This document shows, in pieces, positions 25,469-32,000 of a stretch of DNA of 32,000 nt. How positions within the stretch are numbered: the first letter of the stretch is position 1; every line of letters starts with the position of its first letter. The DNA lies in the NCBI RefSeq assembly GCF_000253055.1, contig NC_016070.1, positions 480,001-512,000 on the forward strand. Reading direction: 5' to 3'. The notes beneath the pieces were generated by a model that did not search any database, was not told where the DNA came from, and worked only from the letters and a program-made list of their open reading frames with translations. The stretch comes from Thermoproteus tenax Kra 1. GTDB taxonomy: Archaea; Thermoproteota; Thermoprotei; Thermoproteales; Thermoproteaceae. A program made the position numbers and the translations under genes.

Positions 25469-27358
25469 ATGGAAATATGGAGACCTGAGAAAGAACACCT
25501 CTCTGAATCTAATATTGCTAGATATATATCTGATCGCGGGCTAGGCACTCTCGACGCGTTCATATCTTTTACCTACGAGAGGCCCGAGGCCTTCTGGAGC
25601 TCCTTCGTGGACGAGGTATTGAGGGTGAAGTGGTACGAAAAATACACTAAAGTGTTGGATCTAAGTAGCGGCGTCCAGTGGCCTAGGTGGTTTATCGGGG
25701 GCAAGATCAATATAGCTGACCAACTTGAGGACTCGGCAAGACCGTTAGTTAAATGGGAGGGGGAAGATGGGAGCAAGGCCGTGTGGAGCTACTCAGAGGT
25801 GCTCTATAAGGCCAGAGCGGTGGCGAGCTGGCTCAAGAGAAATGGGCTAAACAAGGGCGATAGAGTCGGCATCTTTATGCCCATGGTGCCCGAGATAGTC
25901 CCAGTCATGCTCGGCGCAATTAGAGCCGGCGGAATCATAGTGCCGCTCTTCAGCGGGTTCGGCAAAGAGGCCATCAGAGTGAGGCTTGAGGACAGCGAGG
26001 CTAAGTTCGTCTTCGCCTCAGATATATCGTACAGAAGGGGCAGGCCCATCGATATGTTGTCTGAGCTGAGGGCAGGGTTGGCCCCGTCGGTCCGCAACGT
26101 GGTGGTCCACGAGCGGGGCGGTCTCAGGGGCGACTACGTCTCCCTCGCTGAAGTCTTTAAGACCGGAGGCGACTACGTCGAGGCGGCCAGCTCCGAGGAT
26201 CCCATTATGATAATCTACACCTCCGGCACCACTGGGAAGCCCAAGGGCACAGTCCATACCCACGACGGCTTCCCTATCAAGGCCGCCGCTGACGTCTACT
26301 TCCACTTCGATTTAAGGGAGGGAGAAACGTTGAGCTGGATCACCGACATGGGCTGGATGATGGGCCCTTGGATGGTCTTCGCCGCCTACCTCCTGCGCGG
26401 CTCCATGGCCTTCTTCGAGGGCGCTCCGGACTACCCCAAGGACAGAGTCTGGCGGTTCGTCGAAGAGCACAGAGTCTCTGCGCTGGGCCTTGCAGCCACG
26501 TTGACAAGATATCTGAGGAGCATTGAGGCGGCCGCCGCGCCGGGCCAACTGGATAGCCTAAAGGCGTTTGGCAACACGGGCGAGCCCATCGACGTGGAGA
26601 GCTGGCTATGGCTCTACAGGATGGGGAGGGGGAGGATCCCCATAATAAATTATTCAGGCGGCACCGAGATCTCCGGAGGCATCCTGGGATGTTACGTCGT
26701 GAGGGAAATGAAGCCGAGTTCCTTCAACGGCATGAGCCCTGGCATAAAAGCCGCCGTGTTCACCGAAGATGGAAAGCCGGCCCCGCCTGGCACAGAGGGC
26801 GAGCTCGTAGTCCTATCTGTGTGGCCGGGCATGACGAGGGGCTTCTGGCGCGACCCCCAGAGGTACCTTGAGACCTACTGGAGCAAGTGGCCCGGCGTAT
26901 GGGCGCACGGCGATGCCGCCATGGTGGACCAAGAGGGCTTCTACTATATCCTGGGGCGCGCCGATGACACCATCAAAGTCGCCGGCAAGAGGCTGGGGCC
27001 TGCCGAGATAGAGACTGTGCTAAACGCGCATCCCGCTGTGGCAGAGTCGGCGTGTATTGGAGTGCCCCACGACATCAAGGGGGAGGTGCCGATATGCTTC
27101 GTGGTGCTCAAGCCAGGCTATGAGCCTAGCGAGGAGCTCAAGAGGGAGCTCATCAAAAGGACCGAGGAGGCGCTCGGCAAAGCCTTCGGCGCTGTGGAAG
27201 ATATTAAGTTCGTCAAATTGCTTCCGAAGACGCGCAACGCCAAGATTATGAGGAGAGTGATAAGGGCGGTGTATTTGGGGCGCAACCCCGGCGACCTTTC
27301 CGCGTTGGAGAGCCCAGAGGCTATAGAGGAGATAAAGAGAGTAGCAATAAAGAGTTGA
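25469..27358 (+). CDS. Acetyl-/acyl-CoA synthetase (AMP-forming)
   Basis: 629 aa; IIYTSGTTGKPKGTVHTHDGF, ITDMGWMMGPW, YSGGTEISGG, MTRGFWRDP, AHGDAAMVDQEGFYYILGRADDTIKVAGKRLGPAEIE, KLLPKTRNAKIMRRVIRA. Confidence 0.9.
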   Translation: MEIWRPEKEHLSESNIARYISDRGLGTLDAFISFTYERPEAFWSSFVDEVLRVKWYEKYTKVLDLSSGVQWPRWFIGGKINIADQLEDSARPLVKWEGEDGSKAVWSYSEVLYKARAVASWLKRNGLNKGDRVGIFMPMVPEIVPVMLGAIRAGGIIVPLFSGFGKEAIRVRLEDSEAKFVFASDISYRRGRPIDMLSELRAGLAPSVRNVVVHERGGLRGDYVSLAEVFKTGGDYVEAASSEDPIMIIYTSGTTGKPKGTVHTHDGFPIKAAADVYFHFDLREGETLSWITDMGWMMGPWMVFAAYLLRGSMAFFEGAPDYPKDRVWRFVEEHRVSALGLAATLTRYLRSIEAAAAPGQLDSLKAFGNTGEPIDVESWLWLYRMGRGRIPIINYSGGTEISGGILGCYVVREMKPSSFNGMSPGIKAAVFTEDGKPAPPGTEGELVVLSVWPGMTRGFWRDPQRYLETYWSKWPGVWAHGDAAMVDQEGFYYILGRADDTIKVAGKRLGPAEIETVLNAHPAVAESACIGVPHDIKGEVPICFVVLKPGYEPSEELKRELIKRTEEALGKAFGAVEDIKFVKLLPKTRNAKIMRRVIRAVYLGRNPGDLSALESPEAIEEIKRVAIKS

Positions 27359-27419
27359 GTTTTTCAAACGACACAGAGCCAACATAACTGTTAAATAATT
27401 ATAAAATTTTGACTAATTA

Positions 27420-28562
27420 ATGAGGGTAGGCATTGCAGGCGTGGGCTGGTTCGGCTTCCAGCCCGAGGTCGCCGATTATTCCTTCCGCGAAATGATGTTC
27501 AAGGCGGCGCAGAGGGCCTATCAAGACGCCGGAAACATAGATCCTAGGAGCGAGGTCGATGCGTTTATCTCATGTCAAGAGGACTTCTGGGAGGGGATCT
27601 CCATAGCAGACGAGTTCGCGCCAGATCCAGTCGGCGGCGCCATGAAGTCCGTCTATACTGTGGCCGGGGATGGGCTACAGTGCGTGGGACAAGCCTACAT
27701 GATGATCAAAACGGGGATGTTCGACGTAGTAGTAGTGGAGTCGCACGGCAAGCCGAGCGACATAGTGACAATGAACGAGGTTATGTTTATGGCCACAGAT
27801 CCTATCTCGATCAGACCGCTCATGATACCGAACGTCCATGCTCTGGCGGCCCTAGAGGCGAGGGCCTATATGTCGAAATACGGAGTAGAAGAGAGACATC
27901 TAGACGCCGTAGTGGGGAAGGCTCACAAGGCGGGCGCGAGGAACTCCAGAGCCGTCTTCGCCTCCCCCGGGAAGCTGAGGTCGGCCACTCCGACTGTCGT
28001 CGACCCGCTGAGGGAGGCCGACATAGCTGGCTTCGTGGACGCGGTCGTCGTGGTGGTCCTCGCCTCCGACAAAGTGATCAGAGACTACACGGACACGCCA
28101 GTATGGGTCGATGGAGTCTGGTGGTCGACTGAGGGCTCGACGCTGGAGCTACACGACTGGTCCTTCCCTGCGCACGCAAGAGAGGCCGCGGAGGGGGCCT
28201 ACAAACAAGCGAAAATAACGGATCCAGCCAAAGAGGTCGGCTTCGCCGAGGTGGACAATCGGTACAGCTTCAAAGAGCTTCAACACATCGAGGCGTTGAA
28301 GTTGGCGCCTGTCGGCTCCGCAAAGGACCTTCTGCTTGACGGGGCCTTCGACCCTGGGGGAAGGCTGCCAGTGAATTTAAGCGGCGGCGCTCTCGCCGAG
28401 GGGGTCCCCTTGGAGGTACACGGGCTGGCCAGGCTGAGCTACGCCGTGGGTGTAATGAGGGGGGACATAAAGGCCGAGGTGGACAAACGCGATGTCGCCG
28501 TAGTGCACAGCTGGAGGGGCGTGCCCACGACCACGAGCGTTGTCGCCGTGTTGCGGATATGA
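27420..28562 (+). CDS. Thiolase-superfamily protein (SCP2-thiolase-like), lacks canonical nucleophilic Cys motif
   Basis: 380 aa; thiolase fold signatures (YMSKYGV, LPVNLSGGALAEGVPL) but VAGDGLQC instead of CASG..A, and GVP instead of GHP. Confidence 0.75.
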   Translation: MRVGIAGVGWFGFQPEVADYSFREMMFKAAQRAYQDAGNIDPRSEVDAFISCQEDFWEGISIADEFAPDPVGGAMKSVYTVAGDGLQCVGQAYMMIKTGMFDVVVVESHGKPSDIVTMNEVMFMATDPISIRPLMIPNVHALAALEARAYMSKYGVEERHLDAVVGKAHKAGARNSRAVFASPGKLRSATPTVVDPLREADIAGFVDAVVVVVLASDKVIRDYTDTPVWVDGVWWSTEGSTLELHDWSFPAHAREAAEGAYKQAKITDPAKEVGFAEVDNRYSFKELQHIEALKLAPVGSAKDLLLDGAFDPGGRLPVNLSGGALAEGVPLEVHGLARLSYAVGVMRGDIKAEVDKRDVAVVHSWRGVPTTTSVVAVLRI

Positions 28563-29746
28563 CCGGCCGCAACCTCAACTTCAAACACCGCGTCGCAGTC
28601 GTCGGCGCAGGTCTGACACTGTTTAGAAGGAGGCTTCAGGAGACGCCGCAAGAGATGGCGTGGCTCGCCGCAAAGCAGGCCCTCGACGAGGCAGGATTGA
28701 CTCTCAAGGACATAGACTGCGTGGTGATAGGCAGCGCTCCCGACGCTTTCGACGGCGTCCACATGAAAGGCGAGTACCTCGCCGAGGGGGCCGGGGGCAT
28801 CCACAAGCCTGTCGTGAGGGTGTATGTGGGCGGAGCCACCGGAGTGTTCGTCCCCATAGCGGCTTGGTGGCACGTGGCCTCCGGACTATGTAAAAGGGTT
28901 TTAGCCGTGGCCGAGGAAAAGATGAGCCACTCAGCGAAGCCGCATCCCCAGTATGTGTTCCGCTACATCTGGGACCCGATAGTAGAGAAGCCCCTTAACC
29001 CCAACTTGTTGTGGATATTCGCCATGGAGATGCACCGCTATATGTACAAATGCAACGTGAAAAAGGAGGACATAGCTCTAGTGTCGGTTAAAAATAAACG
29101 GAATGCGTGCGGCCATCCGTCGGCGCAACTGTGCGATCCCAACATCAAAGTGGAGGACGTGTTGAACAGCGAGGTCTTAGTCTGGCCCGTCAACAGATTA
29201 GATGTATCGCCCGTATCCGACGGGGCCGCCGCGTTGGTCCTGGCCGCTGAGGAGGAGGCCAGAAAGATCACCGATACGCCCGTCTGGGTCAAGGGAATAG
29301 GCTGGACGTTAGACACTACGCACTGGACAAATAGAGACCTCGCCTATCCGGAGTACGTCAGAAGAGCTGCCGAGATGGCATACCGCATGGCCGGCATAGA
29401 CAACCCGAGGAAACAGATAGACGTGGCTGAGCCCTACGACCCCTTCGATTACAAGGAGCTCCACCACATGGAGGGTCTGGGCCTCGCAAAGAAGTGCGAA
29501 GCGCCTCTGTTGACCAAAGAGGGCGTGACCCAGAGGGACGGCGATCTCCCAATAAATCCATCTGGCGGCCTCCTCGGAGTTGGCAACCCCATCGCGGCAG
29601 CCGGCTTGATGAAGGTGGCCGAGATATTCTGGCAAGTGAGGGGGGAGGCCGGCGCAAGGCAAGTCAAGAAGCCGGTGTACACAGGCCTCGCTCAAGCTTG
29701 GGGCGACCTAATGCAGGCAGGCACGGTGATCGTGTTGGGGGTATGA
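28559..29746 (+). CDS. Thiolase-superfamily protein (SCP2-thiolase/acetyl-CoA acetyltransferase-like), lacks canonical catalytic residues
   Basis: 395 aa; VAVVGAGLTLFRRRLQETPQEMAWLAAKQALDEAGLTLKDID, VSDGAAALVLAAEEEA, INPSGGLLGVGNPIAAAGL. Overlaps previous ORF by 4 nt. Confidence 0.85.
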   Translation: MTGRNLNFKHRVAVVGAGLTLFRRRLQETPQEMAWLAAKQALDEAGLTLKDIDCVVIGSAPDAFDGVHMKGEYLAEGAGGIHKPVVRVYVGGATGVFVPIAAWWHVASGLCKRVLAVAEEKMSHSAKPHPQYVFRYIWDPIVEKPLNPNLLWIFAMEMHRYMYKCNVKKEDIALVSVKNKRNACGHPSAQLCDPNIKVEDVLNSEVLVWPVNRLDVSPVSDGAAALVLAAEEEARKITDTPVWVKGIGWTLDTTHWTNRDLAYPEYVRRAAEMAYRMAGIDNPRKQIDVAEPYDPFDYKELHHMEGLGLAKKCEAPLLTKEGVTQRDGDLPINPSGGLLGVGNPIAAAGLMKVAEIFWQVRGEAGARQVKKPVYTGLAQAWGDLMQAGTVIVLGV

Positions 29747-30273
29747 GCAAGCCCAAGAACCCTAGGGGAACCGCCTACGAGGAGCTAGACTTCCCAGCGT
29801 TTGAGTTCCCTGTTGTGGGCAAGGCGCGCTACAACTACACAGCGGGGTGGGCGCTCGGCAGATTCTTGGCCGGCCTCAAGGAGGGCAAGATCTTGGGGAC
29901 TGTGTGCAAGAAGTGCGGAAGAGTCTTTGTGCCGCCGCGTATGTACTGTTCCTACTGTTTCAGAGAGGTCGACGACTGGGTCGAGGCCTCGCCCGAGGGC
30001 ACCATTGTGACTGTGGTAGCAAGCTATGTGGAGGCCACCAGAGCCAGAGCTGTGGAGCCGAAGATAGTCGGCGTGATAAAGCTCGACGTCCCCGGCTATA
30101 AGTTCGACGACCACTTCTTCCCAGGTCTGCTACACTACATCTGCGGAGCTACCGATGAGGACGTGAAAAGCATGAGGCTGTTCGGCGCCAGAGTGAGGGC
30201 TAGGTTCAAGCCTGAGCAACAAAGGACCGGCTCTATCACAGATATAGAGTGCTTCGAGGTGGTGAGGACATGA
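29743..30273 (+). CDS. DUF35 / ChsH2-like Zn-ribbon + OB-fold protein (acyl-CoA associated)
   Basis: 176 aa from ATG 29743 (ATGA overlap with the thiolase-like gene; track ORF start at 29494 is too far upstream); ILGTVCKKCGRVFVPPRMYCSYCF then GTIVTVVASYV. Confidence 0.85.
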   Translation: MSKPKNPRGTAYEELDFPAFEFPVVGKARYNYTAGWALGRFLAGLKEGKILGTVCKKCGRVFVPPRMYCSYCFREVDDWVEASPEGTIVTVVASYVEATRARAVEPKIVGVIKLDVPGYKFDDHFFPGLLHYICGATDEDVKSMRLFGARVRARFKPEQQRTGSITDIECFEVVRT

Positions 30274-30701
30274 GGCGCGTAAAGACCTTCCCAGAGGTGA
30301 TGGAGATAGAGGCCTATATATACACTGCAGGCCCCGTGGGCACCAAATGGTTGGAGAACCTTAAGGCCGGCAAATTGACCGCCGCGTATTGTCCCAAGTG
30401 CGGGCGCCTCTTCTTGCCGCCCAAGATGTTCTGCCCCTACGACTTCGAGGAGGTCAGAGAGCTCAGAGAGATCGGCCAGACGGGTGTCGTCGAGAGCTAC
30501 ACAGTTATAGAGAGGGATCTCTCAGGGGAGAGGTTGCCCGAGAGGAAGATCTTGGCGTTCATAAGGTTTCCGGGCGTCGAGGGAGGAATTATACACTACG
30601 TGAAGGCAGAGGGGCTCGCCATCGGAATGAAGGTGAAGCCTAAGTGGAGGTCTGAGAGGAGGGGCTCGGTGACCGACATAGAATATTTTGAGCCCGTATG
30701 A
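30270..30701 (+). CDS. DUF35 family protein, second copy
   Basis: 143 aa from ATG 30270 (ATGA overlap); LTAAYCPKCGRLFLPPKMFCPYDFEEVRE, TGVVESYTVIERDLSG. The fourth zinc ligand appears replaced (CPYD). Confidence 0.82.
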   Translation: MRRVKTFPEVMEIEAYIYTAGPVGTKWLENLKAGKLTAAYCPKCGRLFLPPKMFCPYDFEEVRELREIGQTGVVESYTVIERDLSGERLPERKILAFIRFPGVEGGIIHYVKAEGLAIGMKVKPKWRSERRGSVTDIEYFEPV

Positions 30702-31840
30702 GCCTCTTGACCCAAGAGCACGAGCTCGTCAGAAAGACTGCGCGCGATTTTGCCGAGAAGTACGTTGGGCCTATAGCGAGGAGGATGGACAGAGAGAACT
30801 ACTATCCCCGGGATATATTACGGGACGCCGGAAAGCTCGGCATATTGACCCCGACGGTTCCCCCAGAGTATGGCGGAGGAGGCGGCGATCTGAGGTCCGT
30901 CGTTGTTATACTTGAGGAGTTAGGCAGAGTGAGCGGCGGCTTCAGCCTCCTAGTGGAGGCCTACGGCGTGCTTTTCGCGGACGCTCTGAAGAACTTCGGA
31001 AGCGCTGGGCAGAAGGAGGAGGTGCTGCCCAAGGTCGCCGCCGGCGAGAAGATCGGCGCCTTCGCTCTCTCCGAGCCGTGTTGCGGCAGCGATGCGGCGG
31101 CTATACAGACGAGGGCCGAGAGGAGGGGCGGAGAGTGGGTCATTAACGGCGCAAAGATGTGGATAACCAACGGGCTCTACGCCGACTACTACCTTGTGGC
31201 CGCTAGGACTGGCCCAAGGGAGGCGCGGCACAAGGCCATAACGGTCTTCCTCTTGAGGAGGAGCTCTTGTGTGGAGGCCTCGCCTATTGAGGTCATGGGC
31301 GTCAGAGGCACGGGGACTGCGGAGCTCAAGTTCAACGACTGCTCTGTGGGCGAGGACGAGATAGTGGGCGAGTTGAATGGAGGGTGGAGGGTCCTCATGC
31401 ACACGCTCGATGTGGGCAGAGTTGCCATATCGGGAGTTGCGCTGGGGATAGCGAGGGGGGCCTTCGAGGAGGCGCTGGCCTGGGCGAGGAGCAGAGAGCT
31501 CTTCGGCAAGAGGCTCGTTGAGTTCCAAAACGCCCAGTTCGAGTTGGCGGAGATGTTGGCCTCCATAGAGACGGCGCGCGCTCTCACGTACTATGCGGCT
31601 TATCTCTACGATGTAGGCTCGCCCGAGTTCCTTCTGATGTCCCACGTGGCCAAACTACAGGCCGCCAGGCTCGCTGTAGATGTAACGCGCAGAGCGGTGC
31701 AGATGGAGGGAGGATACGGATACAGCAAGGAGAGCAAGGCTGAGATGTTCTATAGAGATGCCAAGATCTTGGAGATAGGGGAGGGTACTAATGAGGTCAT
31801 GAAGTACGTCATCTATAAACTGCTCGAGAAGAGCTCTTAG
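30698..31840 (+). CDS. Acyl-CoA dehydrogenase
   Basis: 380 aa; FALSEPCCGSDAAAIQTRAERRGGEWVINGAKMWITNG, GRVAISGVALGIARGAFEEALAWARSRELFGKRL, MEGGYGYSKESKAEMFYRDAKILEIGEGTNEV. Confidence 0.93.
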   Translation: MSLLTQEHELVRKTARDFAEKYVGPIARRMDRENYYPRDILRDAGKLGILTPTVPPEYGGGGGDLRSVVVILEELGRVSGGFSLLVEAYGVLFADALKNFGSAGQKEEVLPKVAAGEKIGAFALSEPCCGSDAAAIQTRAERRGGEWVINGAKMWITNGLYADYYLVAARTGPREARHKAITVFLLRRSSCVEASPIEVMGVRGTGTAELKFNDCSVGEDEIVGELNGGWRVLMHTLDVGRVAISGVALGIARGAFEEALAWARSRELFGKRLVEFQNAQFELAEMLASIETARALTYYAAYLYDVGSPEFLLMSHVAKLQAARLAVDVTRRAVQMEGGYGYSKESKAEMFYRDAKILEIGEGTNEVMKYVIYKLLEKSS

Positions 31841-32000
31841 TCGGCCGTCTGAGCCACTATATCAACGAGCTCCTTAGGACACATCTGGGCCATCATGGCC
31901 TCGGCCCTCCTTCCCACCGTCTCCGTCACGAGGCCCACTTTGTACAACTTCACTATCTGGTAGAGGGTTCTGCACGCCATCGTCCTCTCCAAGCCGTACT
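31837..32000 (-). CDS. Partial CDS (C-terminal part), hypothetical protein
   Basis: Minus-strand frame open from window edge to TAA at 31837-31839: ...YGLERTMACRTLYQIVKLYKVGLVTETVGRRAEAMMAQMCPKELVDIVAQTAD*. Convergent with the acyl-CoA dehydrogenase, 4 nt overlap. Confidence 0.6.
   Translation of the reverse strand, partial: YGLERTMACRTLYQIVKLYKVGLVTETVGRRAEAMMAQMCPKELVDIVAQTAD

Noticed and set aside
29494-29742. Extended N-terminus of the first DUF35 ORF in the track (83 extra residues)
   Set aside because: The extension overlaps the thiolase-like gene in another frame and reads as shadow sequence. ATG at 29743 with ATGA coupling and the MSKPKNPRGTAYEELDF start fit better.
1-32000. Search for CRISPR arrays, cas genes, toxin-antitoxin or other defence modules
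   Set aside because: No regularly spaced direct repeats and no Cas, restriction, PIN-toxin or similar motifs recognised in any ORF by eye.

Overview
This 32 kb window is GC-rich, densely coding chromosomal DNA from an archaeon. Gene content and overlapping gene spacing suggest a hyperthermophilic Thermoproteales-type crenarchaeon; this is an inference, not proven. From left to right it contains: pelota; a DHDPS/NAL-family aldolase; an ACT protein plus a UPF0210/DUF711 protein; tandem purP paralogs; MBL-fold proteins; a DUF359 kinase; tiaS split by an apparent -1 frameshift; a fused two-domain ABC permease plus solute-binding protein; a HAD phosphatase; an FAH-family protein; tRNA-Ser(GCU); a nuoD-H-I-J-K-M-L-N operon with no nuoA/B/C/E/F/G in the window; ndk; and an acyl-CoA synthetase / two thiolase-like / two DUF35 / acyl-CoA dehydrogenase operon. 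I found no CRISPR array, intact transposon, defence island or obvious new mobile system. The best leads are: (1) the tandem thiolase-like + DUF35 operon, where both thiolase-fold proteins appear to lack the canonical Cys/His/Cys residues, recalling the Ltp2-type aldolase/DUF35 arrangement; (2) the tiaS frameshift, where a -1 slip at CCT/CCC restores the expected conserved sequence; (3) several intergenic relics resembling the C-terminal tail of IS200/IS605 TnpB; (4) the fused ABC permease with no adjacent ATPase. No database search was run. All family calls come from reading motifs in the translations.
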